From assembly GCA_937927515.1 (NCBI GenBank), contig CALBDO010000001.1, positions 21,773 through 85,772 of the forward strand: DNA of 64,000 nucleotides, given 5' to 3'. Shown here piece after piece: positions 20,297 to 30,846 of this stretch (positions are counted from its first letter, which is position 1; the number at the start of each line of letters is the position of its first letter). This stretch comes from Candidatus Kapaibacterium sp. Lineage in GTDB: Bacteria; Bacteroidota; Ignavibacteria; Kapaibacteriales; UBA2268. The position numbers and the translations under genes were made by a program. The notes under the pieces were generated by a model, which saw only the letters and a list, made by a program, of their open reading frames with translations, had not been told where the DNA came from and searched no databases.

Positions 20297-21015
20297 ATAC
20301 CATATAACATAATAAATTTGGAGCTAGATAATATTTTAGTTGGTATTAAATCATAGCTTTTTGTAAAATTGTGAACATCAGTTGGTACGAGGAATTGAGT
20401 TTCGCAAAGCGATTCTGATTGAATTCGCGCTCTCGCTTTTGCTTTAACTACAGTCCAGTTGTAAAATAATTCTATATAAGCAAAATCCATAACCAATCTA
20501 GTTAAAGTAATTGTAGAAGAAGAGCTATTTTGAATCTCAATTTCTAATACACCTGTTTCAAAAATCCTCGGTTCAATAGGTACTGGATAGAAGCTGGTTT
20601 TCCAATATCGACACAACACCCCGTTGTGTGAATTTCCGTATAAAGCAAATTTGTACGGTAGTAGTTGAAATAAATCAATGGGCGTAATCTTGTTATTAAC
20701 TATTACAAGAATTGCTACTGAAACAGGGAAGTCGAAGAAACCGCGGATTTCAGAATCGGGAGGTAAAACTAAAGGTTCGGAGAGTTCAAGCATCAAATGT
20801 GTTTTAGGTAAATCAGAAACTAAAGGCTCCGAGGGCTGAACAATGATTTTATCGATGTTATTCAAGCTAATAAGTAAGTTTTTTTTCTGACTATGAAATG
20901 TCTCGCGAAAATATCGAAATACTTGCGAATCTAAAGTAAAGGTAAATTTGAACTTGTCAAATATATAATCATTTTTGAAGGGATATTCACCATAGTGATT
21001 GGAAATTACAGACAT
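20293..21015 (-). CDS. DUF432-like protein
   Basis: PSEPL, EPLVLPP, FPVSVA, IDLF..KFALYG...GVLCRYWKT resemble archaeal DUF432 (recalled, not searched); ATGA overlap with mscS. Confidence 0.7.
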   Translation of the reverse strand: MSVISNHYGEYPFKNDYIFDKFKFTFTLDSQVFRYFRETFHSQKKNLLISLNNIDKIIVQPSEPLVSDLPKTHLMLELSEPLVLPPDSEIRGFFDFPVSVAILVIVNNKITPIDLFQLLPYKFALYGNSHNGVLCRYWKTSFYPVPIEPRIFETGVLEIEIQNSSSSTITLTRLVMDFAYIELFYNWTVVKAKARARIQSESLCETQFLVPTDVHNFTKSYDLIPTKILSSSKFIMLYGI

Positions 21016-21019
21016 TTTC

Positions 21020-21334
21020 TTAACGGTCTAAATCAAAATCATCATCAAAGTCCTCACCAATATCCTCATCATCCACAAACTGGTCGTCGATTTCGGGAAT
21101 GAAATCATCTGAAAGAAATTCTGGTTCTTCTTCAGAGTCGATATCTTCCCTTTCTTTTTTAAAGAATTCTTCTTCGTCAATCTCCTCAAAGTTTTCCAAG
21201 TCCTCATCATCTAAGGCAGGCTCTTCCGAAAAACTGTCCTCATCAAACTCGAAACTAACATCATTAAAATCATCATCACTATGACTTGCATAGAATGGAA
21301 AAATTCTATTATTTTCTTCTTCAAATTTATACAT
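21020..21334 (-). CDS. Highly acidic 104-aa low-complexity protein
   Basis: About 48 D/E and about 15 F in 104 aa (hand count). Start moved to ATG 21334 because a TAATTTTG box lies at 21368-21375, inside the longer ORF. Confidence 0.65.
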   Translation of the reverse strand: MYKFEEENNRIFPFYASHSDDDFNDVSFEFDEDSFSEEPALDDEDLENFEEIDEEEFFKKEREDIDSEEEPEFLSDDFIPEIDDQFVDDEDIGEDFDDDFDLDR

Positions 21335-21367
21335 GGCTACATCAAGTATTGTAAAACAAAACAATGT

Positions 21368-21375
21368 CAAAATTA
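21368..21375 (-). promoter_or_regulatory. -7 promoter box (TAATTTTG) for the acidic protein-DUF432-mscS operon
   Basis: CAAAATTA on +, 33 nt upstream of ATG 21334. Confidence 0.45.
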
Positions 21376-21474
21376 TATAAAAAGTTCTCATTTACAAAAC
21401 AAAAATACATACTCGATAACTTTTATACCAATATGTGTAAAATTCTCAGAATCATCTACATATGAAAAAATTAG

Positions 21475-21500
21475 TTAGAGGCAACAAAGGTTGCCTCTAA
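21475..21500 (-). terminator. Intrinsic terminator of the cytochrome c peroxidase gene
   Basis: TTAGAGGCAAC-aaag-GTTGCCTCTAA, an 11-bp stem followed on - by CTAATTTTTT. Confidence 0.8.
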
Positions 21501-21527
21501 AATTCAACAAAGAAAAAAGAGATAATA

Positions 21528-22553
21528 TCATCGAACTGCTAACTTCTTTGCAAGGTTCGGGTCAGTAAGTGCCTTAAGAAAGGCAACAATCGCCTTGAGT
21601 TGTTCTTCACTTAACTGTTTTCCAAGATTAATCTCTGCCATAATCTTTACAGCCTCTTCAAGAGTTTTCGCAGTACCATCATGAAAATAAGGATGCGTAA
21701 GCTCGACATTGCGCAACATTGCAACTTTGAACATAAATTTGTCGGACTCTTGCTTAGTTACCTCGTATCTTCCCAAATCTTTAGTATTGTAGTAAGGTTT
21801 TACCAGCCCCATTTTTTGGTAAAGATTACCGCCGAAGAGAGGACCAGTGTGACAAGTGATACAGCCAACCTCAATAAAATGTTTTAATCCAAATTTTTCC
21901 TCATCCGTCAATGCAGATTTGTCTCCTGCAATCCATTTGTCATATCTTGATTTTGATACAAGAGTTCTTTCGAAGGCAGCAATAGCGTTCGCAATGTTAT
22001 CGAAAGTTATCGGCTTCTTTTCATTGGGATAGGCCTTGGCAAACAGGTCCCTGTATTCAGGTATAGAAGATATAACTTTTTCTACTTCTTTTTCATTTGG
22101 CATTGCCATTTCAACGGGATTAAGAATTGGTCCTTTGGCTTGCTCTTTTAGGTCTGCTGCTCTACCATCCCAAAATTGGACGAATTGAAAACCAGCATTG
22201 AATACTGTTGGAGTATTTCTTGTCCCCATCGTATTTGGCAAAGCTCCCGGTGAGGTTGGTTTATTGTCTACACCTGCCATCGAGTTAATATCATGGCAAG
22301 TGTTGCACGACATAGTGTTGTTGACGGAAAGCTTAGTTTCGAAATATAGTTTCTTACCAAGTTCAATTAGTTCTGGTGTATCGTTCTCGCTTCCAGGCAT
22401 TTTATTTGGTAATATTCCAAAGATACTACTAGCTTTGGTAAGCAATTCTTGTTCCTCTGCTTCCGAGAGCTTAATAGCTTCTCCCTCCTTTTTTCCACCG
22501 CAAGAAACTATTAAAAATATTAATGCTATAAAAGAAACAAAATTTTTAAACAT
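21528..22553 (-). CDS. Di-haem cytochrome c peroxidase (CcpA/MauG family), lipoprotein
   Basis: CNTCH and CITCH haem motifs, RNTPTVFN, QFWDGRA, PYFHDG, lipobox LIVSC; GGAGG SD before ATG 22553. Confidence 0.93.
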   Translation of the reverse strand: MFKNFVSFIALIFLIVSCGGKKEGEAIKLSEAEEQELLTKASSIFGILPNKMPGSENDTPELIELGKKLYFETKLSVNNTMSCNTCHDINSMAGVDNKPTSPGALPNTMGTRNTPTVFNAGFQFVQFWDGRAADLKEQAKGPILNPVEMAMPNEKEVEKVISSIPEYRDLFAKAYPNEKKPITFDNIANAIAAFERTLVSKSRYDKWIAGDKSALTDEEKFGLKHFIEVGCITCHTGPLFGGNLYQKMGLVKPYYNTKDLGRYEVTKQESDKFMFKVAMLRNVELTHPYFHDGTAKTLEEAVKIMAEINLGKQLSEEQLKAIVAFLKALTDPNLAKKLAVR

Positions 22554-22650
22554 ATACTTCCTCCACAATGTTTAACTTAAATTTTAATTTAAAAAATTTA
22601 AGAAAATCAAAAATCATAAAACATTTTCTCTAAATTGTATCTAAAATAAA

Positions 22651-22674
22651 GAGCAAGGGTAAATACCCTTGCTC
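22651..22674 (-). terminator. Intrinsic terminator of ppdK
   Basis: GAGCAAGGGT-aaat-ACCCTTGCTC, a 10-bp stem followed on - by TTTATTTT. Confidence 0.85.
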
Positions 22675-22712
22675 CTAATAAAGCAAACATTGTAAGAAAT
22701 TAAAGATATAAT

Positions 22713-25481
22713 TTATTTGGCCTTCTTACTTGCTTTTTCTTGTTCCCTTTCTAAAATTGCAGCCCTAGCTGCGGCGAGTCTTGCGATTGGAACACGAAAT
22801 GGTGAACAAGATACGTAATCAAGTCCAATTTGATGGCAAAATTCAACTGAAGCAGGTTCTCCACCATGCTCACCGCAGATACCAACCTTGAGTTTTTTCC
22901 GAGCTTTTCGCCCTTCTTTGACCGCATGCTTCATTAAGAAGCCAACACCATCTTGGTCTATTGTTTCAAACGGGTCTCGCTTGTAAATTTCTTTTTCGAC
23001 GTAATAAGGCAGAAATCTACCAGAGTCGTCTCTACTTAGCCCTAAAGTTGTTTGAGTTAAGTCGTTTGTTCCAAAGGAGAAAAATTCAGCAACTTCAGCA
23101 ATTTCTTTTGCAGTTATAGCTCCACGAGGTACTTCAATCATTGTCCCAACAAGATATTCAAAATTAATACCGGTTTCCCCCATTACTTCGTTTGCGACCT
23201 TTCGGACAATCTCTTCTTGATGCTTCAATTCTTTGTAATGGCCTACGAGTGGTATCATTATCTCTGGGAAAGCTTTATAACCTTTCTTTATTACACTGAC
23301 AGTGGCTTCGAAAATAGCTCGGGCTTGCATTTCAGTAATTTCTGGATATAAAATACCTAAACGGCAACCACGAAAACCAAGCATTGGGTTAAATTCTTTC
23401 AAAGATTCAACTCTTTCCTTCACCTTTTGTAAAGGTATGTTCAGCATATTCGCAATTTCTTTCTGTCCAGCTTCGTCATGTGGTAAAAACTCGTGTAAAG
23501 GTGGGTCGAGTGTTCGTATTGTCACTGGCTTACCATCCATAGCAATGAAAATACCTTCAAAGTCTTCCCTTTGAAGTGGCAAAAGTTTACTTAATGCTTT
23601 TTTCCTTTCTTCGGGAGAATCAGAGAGTATCATTTCTCTCATAGGACCAATTTTCCCTTCGCCAAAGAACATATGTTCGGTGCGACAGAGACCGATGCCT
23701 TCGGCACCAAAGGCAACAGCATTACGGGCTTGGTCGGGTTGGTCTGCATTAGTACGTACTTTCAACTTTCGATATTTATCTGCCCATTCCATTATTTGTT
23801 TGTAAATTTTATAGGTTGGTGCTTGGTCTTCGGAGAGAGTTTTTTCCAAAAGAACTTGGATAACTTCGCTTGGTCTTGTTTCAATTTTACCTTGGAAAAC
23901 CTCACCAGTTGAGCCATCCAAAGATATATAATCACCTTCTTTCAAAACGACATCCTTTCCTTCTACCTTAATGGTTCGAGACTTATAATCAATAATTAAA
24001 GCGCCACATCCTGCAACACAAACTTTGCCCATTTGTCTCGCAACCAAAGCAGCGTGGGATGTCATACCACCTCGAGAAGTTAATATACCCTCTGCTGCAT
24101 TCATTCCAGCAATGTCCTCGGGGGAGGTTTCTATGCGAACGAGAATAACTTTTTCACCTTGTTTAGCCCATTCTACAGCATCTTCAGCATTGAAAACAAT
24201 TTTACCAGTTGCAGCACCAGGCCCCGCATTCAGTCCTTTTGCTATCAACTGGTTATTCTTCAATGCTTTTTTCTTTTCTTCTGCGTCAAACACTGGTCTC
24301 AGCAATTGATTCAGCTGGTCTGGCTCGATACGCAAAAGAGCCTCTTTGGGTTTTATCAAACCCTCGTTTACCATATCAACAGCAATTTTCATTGCTGCAA
24401 GGGCAGTTCTTTTACCGGCACGACATTGTAGCATATAGAGTTTGCCCTTTTGAATGGTGAATTCTATATCCTGCATCTCACGATAATGTTTCTCTAAAAT
24501 ATCTCGTATCCTAAGTAATTCGTTATAGGATTTAGGGTCTCGTTCTTTTAATTGGTCGATTGGAAGAGGTGTTCTTATCCCAGCAACAACATCTTCACCT
24601 TGAGCATTCATCAAAAATTCACCATAAAATTTATTTTCCCCAGTAGCAGGGTCTCGAGTAAAAGCCACACCTGTACCACTATCCTCACTTAAGTTGCCAA
24701 ACACCATTGCTTGAACGTTAACTGCAGTACCCCACCAATCGGGGATATTGTTCAATTTTCTATAAACAACAGCCCTTGGATTGTTCCAGGACCCAAATAC
24801 GGCACCAATTGCTCCCCAAAGTTGCTCCTCGGGGTCTTCTGGAAAATCGACGCCAAGCCTCTCTTTGATTGCTTGTTTAAATTCTAAAACCAATTCCTTC
24901 AATGCATCAACATCCAATTCTACATCATAGTGGACACCTTTTTCTTTTTTCTTCCTCTCAAGAATTTCTTCGAAGGGGTCTATATCGTCTTTGCTTTGGG
25001 GTTTCAAACCTAATACTACATCGCCATACATAGAAACAAATCTACGATATGCATCATAAGCAAAACGAGGATTGCCCGATTGCTTTATCAAGCCTTGAAC
25101 AGTAACATCATTAAGACCTAAATTGAGAACTGTATCCATCATTCCAGGCATTGAACTTTTTGCTCCAGAACGAACAGAGACAAGCAAAGGATTTTCTGAG
25201 TCGCCAAATTTTGCACCCATTTCCTGCTCGACCTTACTAAGAGCCTCTTTAACTTGTTCATAAAGACCTTTTGGATATGTGTTGTTATGTTCATAATAGT
25301 ATCTACAAACTTCAGTTGTTATTGTAAAACCAGCAGGTACTGGTAACCCCAAATTTGTCATTTCTGCAAGGTTTGCTCCTTTTCCCCCTAGAAGGTCTTT
25401 CATTTTGGCGTTACCCTCGGCTTTGCCACCGCCGAAGTAATAAACATACTTGCGTACTTCTTTCTCTTTCTTTTTTCCCAT
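22713..25481 (-). CDS. ppdK: Pyruvate, phosphate dikinase
   Basis: [39 protein letters not shown] phospho-His motif, [29 protein letters not shown]. Confidence 0.98.
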   Translation of the reverse strand: MGKKKEKEVRKYVYYFGGGKAEGNAKMKDLLGGKGANLAEMTNLGLPVPAGFTITTEVCRYYYEHNNTYPKGLYEQVKEALSKVEQEMGAKFGDSENPLLVSVRSGAKSSMPGMMDTVLNLGLNDVTVQGLIKQSGNPRFAYDAYRRFVSMYGDVVLGLKPQSKDDIDPFEEILERKKKEKGVHYDVELDVDALKELVLEFKQAIKERLGVDFPEDPEEQLWGAIGAVFGSWNNPRAVVYRKLNNIPDWWGTAVNVQAMVFGNLSEDSGTGVAFTRDPATGENKFYGEFLMNAQGEDVVAGIRTPLPIDQLKERDPKSYNELLRIRDILEKHYREMQDIEFTIQKGKLYMLQCRAGKRTALAAMKIAVDMVNEGLIKPKEALLRIEPDQLNQLLRPVFDAEEKKKALKNNQLIAKGLNAGPGAATGKIVFNAEDAVEWAKQGEKVILVRIETSPEDIAGMNAAEGILTSRGGMTSHAALVARQMGKVCVAGCGALIIDYKSRTIKVEGKDVVLKEGDYISLDGSTGEVFQGKIETRPSEVIQVLLEKTLSEDQAPTYKIYKQIMEWADKYRKLKVRTNADQPDQARNAVAFGAEGIGLCRTEHMFFGEGKIGPMREMILSDSPEERKKALSKLLPLQREDFEGIFIAMDGKPVTIRTLDPPLHEFLPHDEAGQKEIANMLNIPLQKVKERVESLKEFNPMLGFRGCRLGILYPEITEMQARAIFEATVSVIKKGYKAFPEIMIPLVGHYKELKHQEEIVRKVANEVMGETGINFEYLVGTMIEVPRGAITAKEIAEVAEFFSFGTNDLTQTTLGLSRDDSGRFLPYYVEKEIYKRDPFETIDQDGVGFLMKHAVKEGRKARKKLKVGICGEHGGEPASVEFCHQIGLDYVSCSPFRVPIARLAAARAAILEREQEKASKKAK

Positions 25482-25576
25482 ACTAAACCATTTTTGTGGA
25501 AAATAAAAATGTAAAATTACAAATAATTTGATTAATAACTTTTAACAATGAATCTACATACAATTGAATTGTTGCG

Positions 25577-25598
25577 ATAAGATTTTAGAAAATCTTAT
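25577..25598. promoter_or_regulatory. Perfect 22-bp inverted repeat, candidate operator in the ppdK/mutS divergent region
   Basis: ATAAGATTTT-AG-AAAATCTTAT, abutting a TAATTTTG box. Confidence 0.5.
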
Positions 25599-25606
25599 TA
25601 ATTTTG
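25599..25606 (+). promoter_or_regulatory. -7 promoter box (TAATTTTG) for mutS
   Basis: Matches TAnnTTTG 21 nt upstream of the ATG; a TTG lies upstream at 25572. Confidence 0.5.
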
Positions 25607-25627
25607 ATAGTTTACTAAGCGACCAAA

Positions 25628-28279
25628 ATGAAAGACTTTAACACACCACTAATAAAACAGTACATCCAAATCAAAAGTCATTACTCCGATTTTATTCTGC
25701 TCTTTAGAATAGGAGATTTCTACGAAACTTTTTTCGAAGATGCAGAAATAACATCGAAAGTTTGCAATATCATTTTAACAAAACGAAACAATGGTGCAGC
25801 GGGCGATGTACCTTTAGCAGGTTTTCCATACCATCAATTAGACAATTACTTACCTAAAATAGTTAATTCGGGGTACAAAGTAGCTATCTGCGAGCAAGTT
25901 GAAGACCCTAAAAAAGCCAAAGGTATCGTACGCCGTCAAGTTATTGAGGTTGTTACCCCGGGGATTGCTTTAAATGATAAATTACTCTCCGCACGCTCAA
26001 ACAATTTTGTTTGTGCCATCTATTCAAAAACATTATCAAATTTAAAAAACCAAATTGTTGGGATGGCTTTTGCAGACGTTTCAACTGGGGAATTTTTTGT
26101 CACCGAGTTACTCCTCGACAAGCTCCAAGACTTTTTTGAAACCAACCAAATCAAAGAAATCATACTTCCAAAAACCCAAAAATCTATTTTTGAAAGTTTG
26201 ATTCAGAAAACCAATTTTAAAGGTATTGTAAATAAACTTGAGCCCTGGATATTCGACAAAATATTCGCAAAGGAAGCTTTACTAAAACATTTTGGAACAA
26301 CAACACTTAAAGGTTTTGGTATAGAACATCTCGAACAAGGTATTACCTCTGCTGGAGCTTTGCTCTATCATATCAAAGAAACTCAACCAACATTTCTTAA
26401 GCAAATTAAGCGAATTCAATTTTTTAACACCTCCGAGTTTATGATTTTAGACCTATCAACCAAACGAAATTTAGAAATTTATTCTTCTATAAATAATGAC
26501 TACGAAGGTAGTTTATTCTCTGTAATTGATAAAACATTGACCCCAATGGGAGCAAGATGTCTAAAAAGATGGGTTAGCCACCCATTAAATAATCTTGAAA
26601 AAATTCAACAGAGATTAGAAATCGTTGATATCTTCTATAATAATGACGAGTCGAGAAATAAAATAAGAAACTATTTAAAAGAAGTTTCGGATATTGAAAG
26701 ACTTGTGTCAAAAATTTGTAGCTACCGTGCCACCCCACGCGATGTTTTAGGGTTAAAAAAATCATTAGATGTTATTCCTTTTATAAAAGAGGAACTTATC
26801 TCCAGTAGCGTCGATTCGGTAAGCAAATTAAGAAGAGAGCTTTCAACATTCGATAATATACGAGACCTGATTCAAAAATCAATACGAGAAGACGCAAGTA
26901 ATACTTTTGGTAATGGAGAGGTCATTAAAAAGGGATTTAACAAAGAATTCGACAATTTAATCGACTTGGCTACGAATAGCAAACAATTGTTAAAGGAATA
27001 TCAAGATGAAGAAAGAATTAGAACAAATATACCCACTCTTAAAGTTGGTTTCAATAACGTTTTCGGATATTACATCGAGGTCACTAAAACACACTCTAAT
27101 AAAATTCCACCCTATTTCGAACGAAAACAGACATTGACGACCGCCGAAAGATACACAACACCTAAGCTAAAAGAAATAGAGGAAAAACTTCTTAACCTCG
27201 AGTTCAAAATACAAGAGTTGGAATCAAAGTTGTTCCAAGATATATTAACAGAAATTTCTAATTATGTAGTCGATTTGCAAAAAGTAGCACAAACAATTGC
27301 TGAAATTGATTGTTATACAAATTTAGCATTCGTTGCGAGAGATAATAATTATTGCAAACCTATAATAACGAGTGATTACGAACTCGAGATTAGAAATGGT
27401 AGGCATCCAGTTGTGGAAAAAAATCTCCCACTTGGTGAGAGATTCACACCAAACTCAACTGTGATGGATAAATCCTCGATGATACACATCATTACAGGTC
27501 CAAATATGAGTGGAAAATCCTGCTATCTTCGACAAGTAGGTTTAATAGTGCTTCTAGCACAGATTGGCTCGTTCGTTCCTGCTGATTATGCAAAGATAGG
27601 TATCGTTGATAGGATTTTTACCAGGGTTGGGGCTCAGGATAATATTTCACAAGGAGAAAGTACATTTCTCGTTGAAATGCAAGAAAGTGCCAATATTTTA
27701 AACAATGCCACACAAAGAAGTTTAATCTTGCTGGACGAAGTTGGTAGAGGTACAGCTACTTTCGATGGCATTTCAATTGCCTGGGCAATTGTGGAATACA
27801 TCCACAACCATTTAATGGCAAAAACTCTCTTCGCAACCCACTATCACGAATTAAATGAGTTAGAAAATAAATATGATAACATAGTTAATTATTGCGTCGA
27901 GGTTTTGGAAAAAGAAGACAAGGTAATTTTCACACACAAGTTGAAACGCGGCCATAGCGACCACTCATTTGGAATCTACGTCGCCCAAATGGCAGGGATA
28001 CCAGATGAAATTACAAACCGAGCTCGAGAGATATTAAAAATTCTTGAATCCGGCACAACTGGACAAAGCGAAATCATTAAAACGCAAAAACCATATTCAA
28101 AAAAAATCAAAGCAATTGAAAAGGAACCAAAAGCTAAGCAATTAGCTATCTTCAACTTTTTTAATTCAGATTTGGAAGACAAAATTTTAAGTCTTGATTT
28201 ACATAATATTACCCCTTTGCAAGCTTTGACATTCCTAATAGAATTGCAAAACGAATTGAAAAATAAAGAGTTATCATGA
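25628..28279 (+). CDS. mutS: DNA mismatch repair protein MutS1
   Basis: FRIGDFYETF, Walker A TGPNMSGKS, GESTFLVEM, DEVGRGT, FATHYHEL. Confidence 0.98.
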   Translation: MKDFNTPLIKQYIQIKSHYSDFILLFRIGDFYETFFEDAEITSKVCNIILTKRNNGAAGDVPLAGFPYHQLDNYLPKIVNSGYKVAICEQVEDPKKAKGIVRRQVIEVVTPGIALNDKLLSARSNNFVCAIYSKTLSNLKNQIVGMAFADVSTGEFFVTELLLDKLQDFFETNQIKEIILPKTQKSIFESLIQKTNFKGIVNKLEPWIFDKIFAKEALLKHFGTTTLKGFGIEHLEQGITSAGALLYHIKETQPTFLKQIKRIQFFNTSEFMILDLSTKRNLEIYSSINNDYEGSLFSVIDKTLTPMGARCLKRWVSHPLNNLEKIQQRLEIVDIFYNNDESRNKIRNYLKEVSDIERLVSKICSYRATPRDVLGLKKSLDVIPFIKEELISSSVDSVSKLRRELSTFDNIRDLIQKSIREDASNTFGNGEVIKKGFNKEFDNLIDLATNSKQLLKEYQDEERIRTNIPTLKVGFNNVFGYYIEVTKTHSNKIPPYFERKQTLTTAERYTTPKLKEIEEKLLNLEFKIQELESKLFQDILTEISNYVVDLQKVAQTIAEIDCYTNLAFVARDNNYCKPIITSDYELEIRNGRHPVVEKNLPLGERFTPNSTVMDKSSMIHIITGPNMSGKSCYLRQVGLIVLLAQIGSFVPADYAKIGIVDRIFTRVGAQDNISQGESTFLVEMQESANILNNATQRSLILLDEVGRGTATFDGISIAWAIVEYIHNHLMAKTLFATHYHELNELENKYDNIVNYCVEVLEKEDKVIFTHKLKRGHSDHSFGIYVAQMAGIPDEITNRAREILKILESGTTGQSEIIKTQKPYSKKIKAIEKEPKAKQLAIFNFFNSDLEDKILSLDLHNITPLQALTFLIELQNELKNKELS

Positions 28280-29514
28280 AAAATATCTCTACTTTGATTT
28301 TTCTGCTTGCCTTGGGTGTTTTCTCCTTTACAAAAGAATTAACCCAATATGTCAGTTATACCGTACAAAAAGGAGACAGAGTTGAAAAAATTTATAAAAA
28401 GTTTCTTTTGCCTCTTAATAACGAAAATTACGAATACTTTCTAAAACTAAACACTAAAAAAACAGACAAAAATCTAAAGTTAATGCTCAACGTAAAATAC
28501 AAACTACCAATTCTAAAATTAAAAGAGTCTGAATTGGAAAAATTTCTGAGAAGCATTATCAACGAGGATTCTATTACTTTTGTTAAAACGCAAATTATTG
28601 AATACAACAGAGATATAAACACCCGAGGACTTAAGGAAAACAAAACTGAAATATGGATACCCCTCTACTTGATTAAAAATTACACGGAGCAAATCCAAAA
28701 TTTACCCACAACGAATATTAGTTCAAAAAAAAATACTCTTGCTAGAAATAAATTATATTTTCCATTCTATGGAGAAGATGTCAAAATAAAAGTCAAATCT
28801 AATTTGCTTTCCGATTATGTTTTTTATTTAATCAGCGGACACGGTGGCCCAGACCCTGGTGCAATTGGAATTTATGAAGGGCAAGAACTTCACGAAGATG
28901 AATATGCTTATGATATTACCCTTCGGCTAGCAAAGTATTTGGAAATGAATGGTGCAAAAGTTTATATGATTACAATAGACACAATTGACGGAATTCGAGA
29001 TGATAAATTTCTTACTCCAAGTTACAAAGAAGTTTACTATGGTGGGGTTGTAATACCACAGAATCAAAAGGAAAGATTAGAGCTTTCTGCTAAAATCTTA
29101 AACGAGCTTTACTTAAATGAAATAAAAGGGAAGAAGAAACACCACATTTCAATTAATATTCACTTAGACTCTCGTTCGGAAGAAGAAAAAATCGATGTTT
29201 TTTTTTATTACCAGGAAAACAATGAAGATAGTAAATTCGTTGCGGAATCTTTGAGGAATACCTTCGAAGAGCAGTACAACAAACACCAGCCTGGGAGAGG
29301 TTACAGAGGTACTATCGAAACAAGGAATCTTTTTATGCTGCGCAATTCACTTCCAACAACTGTTTATATCGAGCTTGGGAACATTCGGAATCGAAATAAC
29401 CAAATTCGATTTATTGAAAGAAACAACAGAGATGCTCTTGCTAAATGGATTTGTTTTGGATTGATTAAGTACGCTAAACTTAAAAAAACACCAAAAAGCA
29501 ACAAAATAAAATAA
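28276..29514 (+). CDS. N-acetylmuramoyl-L-alanine amidase (Amidase_3) with degenerate LysM-like N-terminus
   Basis: Signal peptide, YTVQKGD, SGHGGPDPGA..E, NIHLDS, YIELGN. Confidence 0.85.
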   Translation: MKNISTLIFLLALGVFSFTKELTQYVSYTVQKGDRVEKIYKKFLLPLNNENYEYFLKLNTKKTDKNLKLMLNVKYKLPILKLKESELEKFLRSIINEDSITFVKTQIIEYNRDINTRGLKENKTEIWIPLYLIKNYTEQIQNLPTTNISSKKNTLARNKLYFPFYGEDVKIKVKSNLLSDYVFYLISGHGGPDPGAIGIYEGQELHEDEYAYDITLRLAKYLEMNGAKVYMITIDTIDGIRDDKFLTPSYKEVYYGGVVIPQNQKERLELSAKILNELYLNEIKGKKKHHISINIHLDSRSEEEKIDVFFYYQENNEDSKFVAESLRNTFEEQYNKHQPGRGYRGTIETRNLFMLRNSLPTTVYIELGNIRNRNNQIRFIERNNRDALAKWICFGLIKYAKLKKTPKSNKIK

Positions 29515-29552
29515 AAGCATAATTCAATTCATAGGTTTAATTCTTGTTTAGT

Positions 29553-29560
29553 TAATTTTG
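29553..29560 (+). promoter_or_regulatory. -7 promoter box (TAATTTTG) for ackA-pta
   Basis: Matches TAnnTTTG 20 nt upstream of the ATG; GAGG SD follows. Confidence 0.5.
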
Positions 29561-29580
29561 TTTTTTAAAATGAGGATAAT

Positions 29581-30825
29581 ATGAACGTACTGGTTTTAAA
29601 CTGTGGGAGTTCATCTTTAAAATTCCAAATTATACAAACAGATTTAGAGGCAATAAAGAACGACCAAGACAAAATGTTAGCCAAAGGCTACATAGAAAGA
29701 ATCGGAAGCCAGGCAATCATAACTTTACAAGCAACTGGACATTTGCCTTTTCGAACTGCCGAGCCCATACGCGACCACAAATCTGCTTTGAACTATGTTT
29801 TAAGATGGATCACCGACCCAAATACTAAAATCGAAGGGGTCTCCGATTTATCCGATATACACGCAATTGGACATAGAATCGTTCACGGTGCAGAAAGACT
29901 GAAAAAGTCTACACTTATTGATGAAAATGTGATAGACCAAATCGAGGAATGCATACCATTAGCACCATTACATAACCCACCAAATCTCAAGGGAGTGTAT
30001 GCAGCACGCGAAATTTTCCCGGGCATTCCACAAGTTGCCGTATTCGACACCGCTTTTCATTCGACAATGCCGGAAGAAAATTATTTATATGCCATTCCAT
30101 ACCAACTTTATAGAAGATTTAAAATTAGAAAATATGGATTTCATGGAACTTCACATAGATACATTGCTTATCGATATAGAAGGCTCAAAGGTATTGAAAG
30201 GGAACAAGTTAATATTATTACCTTACATCTTGGAAATGGCTGTTCTGCATGCGCTATAAAAAATGGATTTTCCTTGGATACCTCTATGGGTATGACCCCC
30301 TTGGAAGGGCTTGTAATGGGTACTCGCTCCGGTGACATCGACCCAGCGATAATCGAATTTTTAATACACAACGAAGGCTCCTCTGTCGAAGAAGTTTTCA
30401 ATGTATTAAACAAGCGCTCTGGCTTGCTTGGAATTTCTGGACTAACAAATGACATGCGCGACTTATTAGAAGAAGAAAGAGAACATCAGGACCGAAGAGC
30501 AAGCTTGGCAATCAACATTTTTTGCAATAGAATCAAAAAATACATTGGGGCATACCTTGCTGAATTAAATGGTTGTGACGCTATTTGCTTCACAGGAGGT
30601 ATAGGTGAAAATTCTCCAGAGGTTCGTAGGAGATGCCTTTCAAACTTGGATTATTTTGGAATCAAGTTAGACGATGAATTGAACGAAAAGGCTGTAGGCG
30701 TCAAAGAGATGAAAATTTCAGCTACGGATAGTAAAATTGAGATTTATGTAATTGCAACAAATGAAGAGCTCCTTATTGCCCGCGACACCTTGCGGGTTGT
30801 TTTAAACGTACCTAGAATTTGGTAA
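29581..30825 (+). CDS. ackA: Acetate kinase
   Basis: VLNCGSSSLKF, GHRIVHG, APLHNP, FDTAFH, YGFHGTSH, HLGNG, FTGGIGEN. Confidence 0.98.
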   Translation: MNVLVLNCGSSSLKFQIIQTDLEAIKNDQDKMLAKGYIERIGSQAIITLQATGHLPFRTAEPIRDHKSALNYVLRWITDPNTKIEGVSDLSDIHAIGHRIVHGAERLKKSTLIDENVIDQIEECIPLAPLHNPPNLKGVYAAREIFPGIPQVAVFDTAFHSTMPEENYLYAIPYQLYRRFKIRKYGFHGTSHRYIAYRYRRLKGIEREQVNIITLHLGNGCSACAIKNGFSLDTSMGMTPLEGLVMGTRSGDIDPAIIEFLIHNEGSSVEEVFNVLNKRSGLLGISGLTNDMRDLLEEEREHQDRRASLAINIFCNRIKKYIGAYLAELNGCDAICFTGGIGENSPEVRRRCLSNLDYFGIKLDDELNEKAVGVKEMKISATDSKIEIYVIATNEELLIARDTLRVVLNVPRIW

Positions 30826-30846
30826 AAAATTAGAAAGGAATTTGTT

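Noticed and set aside
21335-21391. Hydrophobic N-terminal extension suggesting the acidic protein is secreted
   Set aside because: It overlaps a TAATTTTG promoter-like box in AT-rich sequence. ATG 21334 is more plausible, though not proven.
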